Origin: a virus
Lineage: Duplodnaviria > Caudoviricetes
Virus record (IMG/VR): IMGVR_UViG_3300045996_002424
Coordinates: 1 to 53,928 of that record
Length of the DNA: 53,928 bases
Strand: one strand, 5' to 3'
Part shown: positions 37,736 to 47,022 of the stretch, one piece after another
Numbering within the stretch: the first letter of the stretch is position 1
How the letters are laid out: each line of letters starts with the position of its first letter
Notes under the pieces: model-generated
What the model was told of the DNA's origin: nothing
What the model saw: the letters and a program-made list of their open reading frames with translations, nothing else
Database searches by the model: none
Program-made: the position numbers and the translations under genes

Positions 37736-38253
37736 ATGTCAACCTTCCCCTGGTTCAGCAGCCACGCCGCGCCGACCAGCTCGTCGAACTGGCCCTGCGA
37801 CAGGTCGAGCAGGTCCCAGTCCTCGTCGGTCAGTGGGGGGTCCACGATGGAGTGCCGCACGAGGGGGTCGGGGAACGTTTCAGAGTTCACGAACCCGGCC
37901 ATCATGTCCTCGCGGAGCATCTCCCCGCCCTTCTCCCGGGGCGGGTGCTGCGCCTTCAGTTCCGCGAACGATGGCCGGTGGTCACCCGGCCGGCGGGTCC
38001 GCGGCAACGCCCGCAGCCGGAACTCCACAATCGACTCACGCATCTGCTCCGCGACCGCAGTCAGGCGGTCTTCGAGCTCCGCCGTGCCCGCCCCGGCCAG
38101 GGATGTGCTCTTGTGTTCCTTCGCTTCGTCGAGCTGCCGCTTGAGCAGTTCGTGTTCTGCGGCCAGGTCTCCGCGTAGGACGACCGGGACGATCGTCTCC
38201 GGCAACCGGGCGGCCTTGATCTTGTCTCGCCAGTGCGGCTTCGTCATTTTCAT
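37684..38253 (-). CDS. Tail assembly chaperone (gpG-like)
   Basis: After the major tail gene; ends ...VDIPFS. Confidence 0.75.
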   Translation of the reverse strand: MKMTKPHWRDKIKAARLPETIVPVVLRGDLAAEHELLKRQLDEAKEHKSTSLAGAGTAELEDRLTAVAEQMRESIVEFRLRALPRTRRPGDHRPSFAELKAQHPPREKGGEMLREDMMAGFVNSETFPDPLVRHSIVDPPLTDEDWDLLDLSQGQFDELVGAAWLLNQGKVDIPFSFAGSAAIPSSDNG

Positions 38254-38362
38254 ACTCTCCCGATGAGGTGCGCGGGTCCGGGGCTCGGGAGAACACCCGA
38301 GACCCGCGCACGAAAAAACCGCCCTCAGGGCGGCTGTCTTCTGCAGTGCTAGCCTCTCGGCC

Positions 38363-38644
38363 ATGCCGAGCAAGCAATGGGCCAAGTCCACCTACAGCAG
38401 CCTGACCAACACGTGCCTGGAGGCCAGGTGGGCCAAGTCCACCTACAGCACTCGTTCGACGACCTGTGTGGAGGCCCGCACGAACGACGGCGTGGTGCAG
38501 GTGCGTGATTCGAAACTGGGCGACACCAGCCCGATCCTCGAATTCCCCTTGGAATCCTGGAGGGAATTCCTCGACGGCGTGGCCGCCGGGGAATTCACCC
38601 AGACGGCCCTGACTAGGCCACCACAGCGCGCAGGTTCGGCGTAG
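38363..38644 (+). CDS. DUF397-family protein (antisense insert)
   Basis: WAKSTYS...CLE/CVE twice, VQVRDSK, LEFPLESWREFLDGVAAGEF. Confidence 0.85.
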   Translation: MPSKQWAKSTYSSLTNTCLEARWAKSTYSTRSTTCVEARTNDGVVQVRDSKLGDTSPILEFPLESWREFLDGVAAGEFTQTALTRPPQRAGSA

Positions 38645-39092
38645 ACGTGACCGTCAGCGGCACCTGGTACCGCTCCAAGCTGTTCTCTTCCACGTCAACG
38701 TGCTGGACCTCGCCGCACTGCACCGGGTACACCCGCACCGCCTGCGACGCCGCCCACGCGGTGCCTTCAGTGAGGCTGGTCCGAACCACGATGTAGCCGG
38801 TCGCGTCGCGGATCAGGGTGGTGTACGCGGTGTCCGACGAGTCCTGCTTCTTCAACGTCAGCATCGGCTGGTCGAACGACGTCCGCCCGTTACGGGCCGT
38901 GTTGAACGTCGACGCCAGGCTGGACGTGTCCACCTTCGCGGTCTCCGGCTGGAAACCGGACAACCCGTCGGCGGTGAGCAGGGACTGCAGCAGCATCCCC
39001 GCGTTCAGCTCAGCGGTGGTCGGGGCGGCGATGTTGGCGATGGTCGGAACCCACGCCACCCTGGTACGACCATCAGCGACAATGTCGGCCAC
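38613..39092 (-). CDS. Major tail protein
   Basis: ADGRTRVAWVPTIANIAAPTTAELNAG...VYPVQCGE, an actinophage tail-tube pattern. Confidence 0.85.
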   Translation of the reverse strand: MADIVADGRTRVAWVPTIANIAAPTTAELNAGMLLQSLLTADGLSGFQPETAKVDTSSLASTFNTARNGRTSFDQPMLTLKKQDSSDTAYTTLIRDATGYIVVRTSLTEGTAWAASQAVRVYPVQCGEVQHVDVEENSLERYQVPLTVTSTPNLRAVVA

Positions 39093-39095
39093 AGG

Positions 39096-39446
39096 TCACT
39101 CCTTCGTGTTCTTGTCGGCGCCAGTGGCCGGCTTGCTGGTGGTGGACGTCGACACAGCCGGCGCCGGGGCCTTCGGCTGGTCGAACAGCTGGGAGTCCTT
39201 CGTGACGTCGACCGGCTCCGGCGGTGCCGAGTACTCCCAGCCCATCGCCTCCCACGTCGGCGCAGCGCCGTACGGGAACCGGGCCGGGGCGTCGAGACCG
39301 TCCTTACGCATCCACACGAAGTCGGTGGGCGACGGCTCGTCGACGACCTGGTAACCCAGCGGGGTCCACCGGTCGCGTTCCTCCACCCCGGTGACCCGGC
39401 CGTGGGTGCCCTCAGTTGTGGTGATCCAGTACGTGGTCTTGCTCAT
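39096..39446 (-). CDS. Virion-module hypothetical protein
   Basis: In the operon before the major tail gene. Confidence 0.6.
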   Translation of the reverse strand: MSKTTYWITTTEGTHGRVTGVEERDRWTPLGYQVVDEPSPTDFVWMRKDGLDAPARFPYGAAPTWEAMGWEYSAPPEPVDVTKDSQLFDQPKAPAPAVSTSTTSKPATGADKNTKE

Positions 39447-39787
39447 CGCGCGGGCCCCCGCAGCAGCTTGTAGGTGACAGACGTGGTCCCGGAGAACGTC
39501 ACCGTCGCCACACCGGTCGACGAGTTGACGTGCGCCTGGGTGATCAGGAACCAGCGGTCCGCGCCGTTGGCCACGGCCTGGTTCGGGGCGGTCGTGGTGT
39601 TCCCCGCAGCAGTGGTGCCGGGGTCAACGAGCACCACGTTGATCGACCCACCGCCGCCGTTGATCACGTTCAGCAGGGCGCCGTTGGTGCCGATGTCGGC
39701 AGCGGAGATGGTGTCCGAAGCGGACACCGCCGCACCGGTGACAGTGGTGGCCGTGGTCCCAACGGACACGGCAGTGAGCAGCGCCAT
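39443..39787 (-). CDS. Virion structural protein (beta-rich)
   Basis: LLNVINGGGGSINV...ATVTFSGTTSVT. Confidence 0.65.
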   Translation of the reverse strand: MALLTAVSVGTTATTVTGAAVSASDTISAADIGTNGALLNVINGGGGSINVVLVDPGTTAAGNTTTAPNQAVANGADRWFLITQAHVNSSTGVATVTFSGTTSVTYKLLRGPAR

Positions 39788-40007
39788 ACGGCGCACCCCC
39801 TTCAGGGCCGGAAGTTATTGCGATCAAGAGCAGACGCGTGGTGAGATGAAGACCCCGGCACACGGAGTCCCAGCTGCGTGTGCCGGTCACGATTTCCCGG
39901 CCCGGCCAGGCAACGGCACGTTTAGCCTCTTGGCCGGGAACAGAACCCCCAGGGGGGTATTCGCCCTCTACCTGGTCGGGCCGGGGTACCCCAGATCAGG
40001 GAGACAG

Positions 40008-40343
40008 ATGAGGCCGAACGCCGGCTGGGCGACTGCGTCCGCCTGCGGTAATGGGCACGCCTGCGTGGAGGTGGCGCACAACAACGCGTTGCACGGCGGG
40101 CAGGTCCTGGTCCGCGACAGCAAGCAGGCCGACGACCCAGACCGGGTCGTGCTGCGGTACACCCCCGCCGAGTGGATGAACTTCATCGGCGGGTTGAAGC
40201 TGGGCTACGGAGCCATTCACACCCTGCAGGAAGACGGCTTCGTCATCCTTCACGATGAGCTGCTGCTGCGTTTCGACCGCGACGAATGGGAGACGTTCAT
40301 GGGCGGTGTCCACAAGGGTGAGTTCGACATCGCCCCGATCTAG
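40008..40343 (+). CDS. DUF397-family protein (antisense insert)
   Basis: ACVEVA...VLVRDSK...YTPAEWMNFIGG and a second FDRDEWETFMGGVHKGEFD. Confidence 0.85.
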   Translation: MRPNAGWATASACGNGHACVEVAHNNALHGGQVLVRDSKQADDPDRVVLRYTPAEWMNFIGGLKLGYGAIHTLQEDGFVILHDELLLRFDRDEWETFMGGVHKGEFDIAPI

Positions 40344-40747
40344 GCGGGCACCGACCGCAGCACGTACACCAACACCATCGACGCAGCGAGGGTCCCGGTC
40401 CGTTCGTGGATCGGGATGTCTGTCGACTCCTCCCACCGAATCGGGTAGCACTTACGACCCGACACCGTCGGGGTGACATCTTGTAAAGCGGTCCGGACGC
40501 GTCCCACCACGGTCCGGACCGCAGCATCAGTGCCGGCCACGCAGTGACACACGATCCGCATCGCGTACACATGCGTCATCCCGACGAAATTCAGATCCGG
40601 CGGCGCCTCAGAGAACCGCACCAACACATACGGCGCCACGCTCGGGTCGGTCTGCGCGGGCACCACCCCGTCGTGCCAGTTCAATGGTGGGACGTCGTTG
40701 ACCGCATCCAGCAAGGCCAGCACCGCCGCCGCGTGTTCTTTGATCAT
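40340..40747 (-). CDS. Tail terminator / completion protein
   Basis: Synteny; DGVVP...PYVLV. Confidence 0.65.
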   Translation of the reverse strand: MIKEHAAAVLALLDAVNDVPPLNWHDGVVPAQTDPSVAPYVLVRFSEAPPDLNFVGMTHVYAMRIVCHCVAGTDAAVRTVVGRVRTALQDVTPTVSGRKCYPIRWEESTDIPIHERTGTLAASMVLVYVLRSVPA

Positions 40748-41127
40748 TCGAACGCCTCACCGGCCGCGCGTTCCAACCGGTCGATCCACCGCGGGATCTC
40801 CCGGTCAGCCGCCGGCCTCCAGTGCGGGTGCTCCCGCGACGTCGGCGTACCGAACTCGATGTACACGTCCAACTTGCCCTGCAGCCGTTCGTGTTCGGCG
40901 CCGGCCTCCCCCACTACCTGAGTGCGGACCTGGTCGCGTTCCACGTCGTACGTGAAGGACCGGGCCAGGTGCGGCAAGTGGGCGTAGCCGCGGACCTGCC
41001 GTTGCGCGTCCGCGACGATCTTGCGCATCGACGCCCGGGTCGCCCAGAACGCCTTGTCCATCATCTCGTCGGCGGCGTCGTCCATGTCCTGGGCCAACAC
41101 ACCCAGGCCCTGCGTTTCCACCCTCAT
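40744..41127 (-). CDS. HK97 gp10-like neck protein
   Basis: IEFGT...PHWRPA motif. Confidence 0.7.
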   Translation of the reverse strand: MRVETQGLGVLAQDMDDAADEMMDKAFWATRASMRKIVADAQRQVRGYAHLPHLARSFTYDVERDQVRTQVVGEAGAEHERLQGKLDVYIEFGTPTSREHPHWRPAADREIPRWIDRLERAAGEAFE

Positions 41128-41153
41128 GACGACCCCCCTCCTACACTGGAACA

Positions 41154-41384
41154 GTGGCCGACACTGAAGAATCTGAAGCGGTGCGGGAACACCAGGAGTG
41201 GGCTATCCGGATTCACTGCCCCATAGGAGGCGTGCCCGGGCCCCACCTACTGCTGAGCTACCGCGACGAAAACGTCACCCGGATGAGATACGCCTGGTGG
41301 TGTGAGCACCGACCCGACGCCCAACCCGAGCTACTGACCCGCATCGTCCTGGAATTCCGGGAGCGATGGCGGCCGACCAGCTAG
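41154..41384 (+). CDS. Hypothetical protein (antisense insert, probably leaderless)
   Basis: TACACT 6 nt upstream of GTG. Confidence 0.5.
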   Translation: MADTEESEAVREHQEWAIRIHCPIGGVPGPHLLLSYRDENVTRMRYAWWCEHRPDAQPELLTRIVLEFRERWRPTS

Positions 41385-41782
41385 CTGGACATCTCCAGCA
41401 CGGTGATCCGGCGGGCAGTCAGGAACGACTTCATCATCGAGTCCCGCACGATCAGCGTCTTCCCGACGATCTGCGGGTCCAGCACCGACGACACCATCAC
41501 CACCCGGTCCCCTTCCAGGGCCTCCGGTGCGTCCATCGGGATGTGCAGTTCGAGGCGGGACACGATGACCTGCTGCTCGGCCAGGTCCACCCAGGAACCA
41601 CCGAGACGTTCCCGGGTACGCACCATCAGCCGGCACTTACCCGAGTACACGGCCGTGGTGGTTTCGGAGATGACGCCACCCGCGCCCTCGGTGGAACCGG
41701 TGACCCGCACGATCGTGCACTCGTCGATCATCAGCTTCTCCGCGGCCTGACGACCCCGATGCAGCGCAGACTGTGCACCCAT
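41381..41782 (-). CDS. Head-tail connector / stopper (DUF6093-like)
   Basis: GRQAAEKLMIDECTI...VYSGKCR...TARR. Confidence 0.75.
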   Translation of the reverse strand: MGAQSALHRGRQAAEKLMIDECTIVRVTGSTEGAGGVISETTTAVYSGKCRLMVRTRERLGGSWVDLAEQQVIVSRLELHIPMDAPEALEGDRVVMVSSVLDPQIVGKTLIVRDSMMKSFLTARRITVLEMSS

Positions 41783-43308
41783 CACGGACCTCCCCAGCTG
41801 GTGACCCCGGCGTACGGGCGGGCAGTGATACCGCCGGCGGGGGCGGTGGTGGTACCGGTGAACGGGCGGGCGGTGGTGGCACCGCCGCCTGGGGCCGCAG
41901 TCACCCCGTCGTCCGGGCGGTAGGTGGTACCCCCGGACACCTCCGTCACCGCGACCGCGACCGCCGTGAACACCGCCGCAGTCAGCCCGACAACCACCGC
42001 GATGGGAACCGGGGTGACAGCAACACCCGTGAAAGCTGCGGTCGCGGCTGTCACGGACACCGTCACGGCGCCTGGGGCCGGGGCGACAGGCTGCCCCGCC
42101 CATGTGCCCGACCCTGCCGTGAGGGTGACCTCGCTCGGGGCCGGGGCCGGGGTGACAGCAACACCCGTGAAAGCTGCCGTGGCCACCGTGAGGGTGAGCC
42201 CACCGACCGACACCGCGTCCACCGCGACCGCGGTGAAAGCTGCCGTGGCCGGGGTGACGGTGACCGACACCGGCTGCGGCACGGGGGTGACAGCAACACC
42301 CGTGCGGGCCGCTGTAGCCACCGTGAGCGTGACCGTGACAGCACCGGGGACCGGGGTGACAGCAACACCCGTGCGGGCCGCTGTAGCCACCGTGAGCGTG
42401 ACCGTGACAGCACCGGGCACTGGAGTGACCGCGACACCGGTACGAGCCGCTGTAGCCACCGTGAGGGTGACCGCGCCGGGCGTGGGTGATGCCGCTACCG
42501 CGACGCCGGTGAACGCTGCGGTAGCCGTCGTGGGGGTGACGGTGACCGGGCCGGGAACCGGAGTGGTGGTGACACCGGTGAACGCCGCCGTGGCCGGGGT
42601 GAGGGTGACCTCGCTGATCTCGGAGGCGACGGTGTAGAAGCCGAAGTCGTCGAGCTGCAGCGTCGTGGTGGACGCCTCGACGGCGTCCGTGCCGATCATG
42701 ATGTACGGCACGCCGACGGTGTCCGCGCCGAACGGTGTCGCCAGCGTGGTGGTGACGGTCCACGTCAGCCCGTCGGTGGACCACGACCATTGCAGTTCGC
42801 CTTCGACGATGCCGACCGCGAAGTACTTGTGCGTTGCCGGGACGTAGGTGAACTCGGCCCGGTTGACGGTCACTCCGGCGACCTGGGTGTTGCAGCGGGC
42901 CAGGTTGTTGGTGATGAACCAGTAGAACTCGTTGGCCGAGCTCAGGCTCATGATGACGGGGTAGGCGCCGAACGTGATCAGCGACTGGTTGCCCGCGGAC
43001 ACGACGTGGACACCGATGTGCCGCCCCGCCACGTCCCAGGTGTCTGTGCGTTGGATGCCGTAGTACCCGGCCGCAAGGGTCGTGGTCAGGTTGAGCCGCT
43101 GGCTGGTCTCGGTGACCTGCGCCCCGCCCCAGTTGTCCCAGCCGGCGCCGATCGAGTTGTTGTTGAAGTCGTCGATGGGGACGAAGTGCGGGGTTTCGCC
43201 TTCCTCGATGAACTCGGCGAACTCCAGGTCGTCGACGAAGGTCAGGTCACGTACGAGGGCCCGCTTGTGGGCCCTGGACAGAACAATCGTGCCCTCGTCA
43301 TGCGACAT
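41782..43308 (-). CDS. Fibre-like protein: lectin-like N-domain plus tandem ~21-23-aa repeats
   Basis: Repeated VTLTVATAARTGVAVTPVPGA. Confidence 0.7.
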   Translation of the reverse strand: MSHDEGTIVLSRAHKRALVRDLTFVDDLEFAEFIEEGETPHFVPIDDFNNNSIGAGWDNWGGAQVTETSQRLNLTTTLAAGYYGIQRTDTWDVAGRHIGVHVVSAGNQSLITFGAYPVIMSLSSANEFYWFITNNLARCNTQVAGVTVNRAEFTYVPATHKYFAVGIVEGELQWSWSTDGLTWTVTTTLATPFGADTVGVPYIMIGTDAVEASTTTLQLDDFGFYTVASEISEVTLTPATAAFTGVTTTPVPGPVTVTPTTATAAFTGVAVAASPTPGAVTLTVATAARTGVAVTPVPGAVTVTLTVATAARTGVAVTPVPGAVTVTLTVATAARTGVAVTPVPQPVSVTVTPATAAFTAVAVDAVSVGGLTLTVATAAFTGVAVTPAPAPSEVTLTAGSGTWAGQPVAPAPGAVTVSVTAATAAFTGVAVTPVPIAVVVGLTAAVFTAVAVAVTEVSGGTTYRPDDGVTAAPGGGATTARPFTGTTTAPAGGITARPYAGVTSWGGP

Positions 43309-43313
43309 CTAGA

Positions 43314-44102
43314 TCACCCCTGCGCGACGTGGAGACCGCCCATGATGTTCGGTGACGTCGTCGTCTGCGGAAGCCAGATCAGTTCGAGGCAGGCGTTGTC
43401 GCCGATCTGGCCCAGCGCCGTCTCCGGCCACCCCAACGTTCCCGTCGCACCCACACCCGCGATGTTCAGCTGTGCGAGGTGTTTGCGCAGCACAGCGTTG
43501 AACTTCCCGGTCGACGCGGTAGTCAACTGCACCTGGGTGAGGTTCCTGACGCCCTTGTCGCCGGACGCCAACGACACCGGCATGGCCCGGCCGATCGGCG
43601 CCGACGCCGCGAACTGGCCGAGCGCGGTCGACCCCGCGTTGCCATCCTGATCGGTGTAGTTGATCGCAATGTTGCCGGTCTGGGTCGCGCCGAGCGCGGT
43701 TTCCACCTCGAACCACAACTGCATGTCCGTCCAGGCCGTGGCCCGAGTCGGCAGGGTCACGGACGCCATCGCCTGGGCTGTGTTCACCGCGGCGCTGACG
43801 CCCCAGTCGGCAACCCGGTCCGTGAGGATCAGCGTGCCCGCGACGTTGCAGCACGCCTCGAACGACGCCAGGTAGCTGGTGTTGCTCGGTGCGGGCAACG
43901 AGATCGCACCCTGGCTGGCGCTGGTGTACGTGGCGTTGGACCCGTTCGCCGGGCCCGCTGCCGCGGCGGCGGGGGTGCCGGAGGTGCGCCACTGCGCCTG
44001 GAAGAAGTTCAACGCCGGCGCCGTGCCGCCGATCTTCATGAAGTACTGGTGTGAACTGGCCGCGATCGCCGCGATGAGTTGGTCGCGGGTGGTGATCGCC
44101 AT
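43314..44102 (-). CDS. Virion structural protein
   Basis: MAITTRDQLIAA...LASGDKGVR; beta-rich. Confidence 0.7.
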   Translation of the reverse strand: MAITTRDQLIAAIAASSHQYFMKIGGTAPALNFFQAQWRTSGTPAAAAAGPANGSNATYTSASQGAISLPAPSNTSYLASFEACCNVAGTLILTDRVADWGVSAAVNTAQAMASVTLPTRATAWTDMQLWFEVETALGATQTGNIAINYTDQDGNAGSTALGQFAASAPIGRAMPVSLASGDKGVRNLTQVQLTTASTGKFNAVLRKHLAQLNIAGVGATGTLGWPETALGQIGDNACLELIWLPQTTTSPNIMGGLHVAQG

Positions 44103-44103
44103 G

Positions 44104-44517
44104 TCAGGTCAGCCGGATGAAATCGGTGACGGTCACGTTCAGCCCACCGTCCATCGGCTGCGGGAACCCGGTGGTGTGCACGCTGATCAAGTCACGGGTG
44201 GAGTCGGTGCCGCTGCCCTCGTCGTAGAAGATCAGCCCTTGGGCGGTGACGCCGGGGGCGGCGGCGAACGTCAGGTTCGCGCAGTCGATGTTGACCCGGC
44301 CGTTGGCGTCGTCCTCGGTGACGGTGACCGAGCCCGGGGTGACGCGTTCGGTGTGGATCGACACGGAGGTGACGGCGTCGAGGTCGGCCACGGTGTTGAG
44401 GGTCAGGGAGTGCACACCGGTCTGGGTGCCGGTGATGATCCCGGCCCGCCACGTGATCGCGGACCCGCCGCCGGTGGTCAACCGCAGCTTCCCACGGTTG
44501 GTGATGGACTCAGCCAT
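44104..44517 (-). CDS. Virion structural protein
   Basis: Beta-rich; in the head-neck block. Confidence 0.65.
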   Translation of the reverse strand: MAESITNRGKLRLTTGGGSAITWRAGIITGTQTGVHSLTLNTVADLDAVTSVSIHTERVTPGSVTVTEDDANGRVNIDCANLTFAAAPGVTAQGLIFYDEGSGTDSTRDLISVHTTGFPQPMDGGLNVTVTDFIRLT

Positions 44518-44529
44518 GAGTTGCTCCAG

Positions 44530-45060
44530 TCAGGCGATCAGGGAACCGCGGTACGCGGCGGCGACGTCCCGCCACGGCCGGCCGGGGACGATCTTGTAGT
44601 TCGGGTCGTAGCGGACGGTGTAGTCGTCGATGCGTTCCGACACCGCGGAGGTCGGGTTGCTGTACATGCCGGACGCGATCTCCAGCACCGCCAACTTCAC
44701 GTCGTCAGGGACGGTCGTGTATCCGTGGGTGAGGTCCACTTCGAGCAGGTCGGGCACCGATGGGGAGTAGGACCCGAACCCGGCGGCCCGGTACAGCACG
44801 CTGTTGATCAGCGTCCACCCGGTCACGGCGACCCCGTTGATGCGGACCTCGTCGATGGCGGTGACCGGCTTGAACGGCAGGATCACGTTGGTGTGCCGGG
44901 TGCCGGTGGTGACCCAGGTGACCGACTGGGCGGCGAACCAGGTGTCGGCTGCGGCCGAGAACTCCCCGGATGCCAGCGTCAGTGCCTGGTTCGCCGACGC
45001 CGTGTCGACATCGCTTTGTAGGTAGGCGGCCAGCTCCGACGCGAGGGCGTACTGGACCAC
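44530..45060 (-). CDS. Head-tail adaptor
   Basis: YALASELAAYL...THGY...PDDVKLAVLEIA...SNP. Confidence 0.8.
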   Translation of the reverse strand: MVQYALASELAAYLQSDVDTASANQALTLASGEFSAAADTWFAAQSVTWVTTGTRHTNVILPFKPVTAIDEVRINGVAVTGWTLINSVLYRAAGFGSYSPSVPDLLEVDLTHGYTTVPDDVKLAVLEIASGMYSNPTSAVSERIDDYTVRYDPNYKIVPGRPWRDVAAAYRGSLIA

Positions 45061-45122
45061 GTCGCCTCCTACTGTTCAATTGAGCGGTGTGACTGCTATG
45101 TTGTTCGGGCCTCTTCCAGGGC

Positions 45123-45188
45123 ACAGCTGGCGGCAACTGGAGAGTCCCCGTTCGAAGTCCCTCCGGTTGTCGCCAGCGCCCTTTTATG
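45123..45188 (+). terminator. Plus-strand hairpin with U-tract (candidate antisense sRNA end)
   Basis: 17-bp stem GCTGGCGGCAACTGGAG / CTCCGGTTGTCGCCAGC with G-U pairs, then CCCTTTTAT. Confidence 0.55.
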
Positions 45189-45191
45189 CGT

Positions 45192-45434
45192 TCAGTCCGC
45201 GGTGATCGAGTCCCGCACGACGCGGCGGGTGCGCCGCTCCCCCGGCCCCGCCGACGTGGTTTCCGTGGCCGTCGAGGTCGTGGAGTCGCGAGCGGCGGCA
45301 GCGTCTGCCGGCTCGTAGAACCGCTCTCGACCGATGACCCGGGGGTCGTCTTCCGGGACCAGCGCCCCGACCCGCATGGTCACCGGGACGCCTTGGTGGT
45401 CGAACGAGTGGGCTTCCTTGACGCGCAGAGCCAT
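45192..45434 (-). CDS. Head-region small protein
   Basis: DDPRVIGRERFYE...AGPGERR. Confidence 0.65.
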   Translation of the reverse strand: MALRVKEAHSFDHQGVPVTMRVGALVPEDDPRVIGRERFYEPADAAAARDSTTSTATETTSAGPGERRTRRVVRDSITAD

Positions 45435-46060
45435 CAGCCGTCCGCCTTCGGCCCCTGCGACTGGGAGTCCTTCAGCTCACCCTCGGTCAGCGACTCGGTG
45501 CCGTACAGGGTCTGCCGCTCCCCGATCGGGCCGCCCTCGCGCAGCGACTCGTCCGACAGCCCGTGCGGGCCGGGCGAGAACATGCCCTTGCGGTCCTCGG
45601 CGGCCTTGTTCTCCCGGTCTTGCAGGTGCTTGCGGGTGAACGCGGCCTGGCCCATCACGTCCGGGCCGTCGACCTGCTGCGGCTTCGCCGGCCACTCCTC
45701 GACCTTGGGCCGCTGGTCTCCGACCCGGTTGTCGAGGCGGGCATCGACGTTGTCGGCGCCCGGCACGGTGGTGCGCCGCTCGTAGGACTCCCGCAGCTCG
45801 TCGGCGATGCCCGAGTTCGGGTCCTGGTCGCGGTTACCGGTGCGCTGGCCGCGGACCGAGTCGCCGGAGGCGGTGCGGGCGGTGGTCTCCGACCGGGCAC
45901 CGGTCGCGGACCGGTCACCGGTGGTGGCCTGCTTGTCGCCGGTGGCCTTGTCGCCGGCCTTGTCGCCGGTGGCCTTGTCCGCAGCGTTCTGCGCGGCCTT
46001 CTGGTAGTCGGCCGCCGACCGGTCGGGCGCGGCCTTCGGCTGGTTCTCACTGGTCGCCAT
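45434..46060 (-). CDS. Disordered charged protein
   Basis: DKATG repeats; RBS AAGGGA. Confidence 0.6.
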   Translation of the reverse strand: MATSENQPKAAPDRSAADYQKAAQNAADKATGDKAGDKATGDKQATTGDRSATGARSETTARTASGDSVRGQRTGNRDQDPNSGIADELRESYERRTTVPGADNVDARLDNRVGDQRPKVEEWPAKPQQVDGPDVMGQAAFTRKHLQDRENKAAEDRKGMFSPGPHGLSDESLREGGPIGERQTLYGTESLTEGELKDSQSQGPKADG

Positions 46061-46108
46061 CAGGGGCGTCCCTTCTTGTCGATGATGCGGTTGTTACAGT
46101 GCGCGGCT

Positions 46109-46327
46109 ATGAAGCGGGTGCAGGTCATTTACGAACTCGGTGAGACGGTTCTTATTGACGAAGTTGTCGCCGAATACGTGAACGTGCGAGTACTGCCGGG
46201 ACGGCGGGCCACCGTGAAAACGGCCACTCAATCAGCGCACTACTCCAAGGCTGGGCGCGTTCTGATCGACGAGAACTACGACGGCCCACCGATGCCGTTC
46301 ACCCGCACACCGGTGACCGACCGGTAG
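46109..46327 (+). CDS. Hypothetical protein (antisense insert, probably leaderless)
   Basis: TGT-TACAGT 8 nt upstream of ATG. Confidence 0.55.
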   Translation: MKRVQVIYELGETVLIDEVVAEYVNVRVLPGRRATVKTATQSAHYSKAGRVLIDENYDGPPMPFTRTPVTDR

Positions 46328-46328
46328 G

Positions 46329-46745
46329 TCAGCGCTTGACGGGCTTGCTGGTTTCGCCGCCGAGGACGACGATCGCGCCGACGGTGCCGCCGGTGGTGGC
46401 GCCGGCGCCGGTGACCGAGGCCCGCACGTACCGCTTGGGGCCGTCGTAGCCGATCTCGGCGATGGTGTTCTGGGTGGCGGTGGTGAACGCGGCGGTGCCG
46501 CGGACGTGTTCAGCAGCAGCGGCGGCGAATGAGCTGCCGTCGTCGGAGTCCTGGACGGTGACGGTGTGCGTTCCATCGGTGATGGTGCCGGCGATGACCA
46601 CCACCAGGCAGGTGGTGAATCCGTCGACGCCGCCGGACGGGTCGGACTTGTCGACCGAGGTGCCGTTCGCGGTGACGTTCGCCCGCAGCGCGAGCGGCAG
46701 GGTGAGCCGCGCCAGGACGTCGTCGTACAGAGGCGATTTCGCCAT
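46329..46745 (-). CDS. Capsid decoration/cement-like protein, paralog 2
   Basis: GTSVDKSDPSGGVDGF...KRYVRASVT. Confidence 0.7.
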   Translation of the reverse strand: MAKSPLYDDVLARLTLPLALRANVTANGTSVDKSDPSGGVDGFTTCLVVVIAGTITDGTHTVTVQDSDDGSSFAAAAAEHVRGTAAFTTATQNTIAEIGYDGPKRYVRASVTGAGATTGGTVGAIVVLGGETSKPVKR

Positions 46746-47022
46746 GGGGCGTACTCCCTATTGAGCTGAGCAGTGTGTAAGCTGGGCGGTGGGTCCCTGT
46801 CCCGACCGCGTTGGCAGGGGCCCGCCAGACTCGGTGGGTCCGCTCCCTGGCCGGCACAGACTCACCGCCGCGGCCCCCGCCCGGAAGCGGGCGCCGCACG
46901 GCGCGGTGGTCCCTTCTGCAGGGGGAGGGACCACCGCACCACAAGCCACCTCACCCGACCGGCGCTGGTCAGGTGAGGTTCCGGTGGCCCCCGCCTCCGA
47001 GACAACCGGCGGGGGCCACCAC

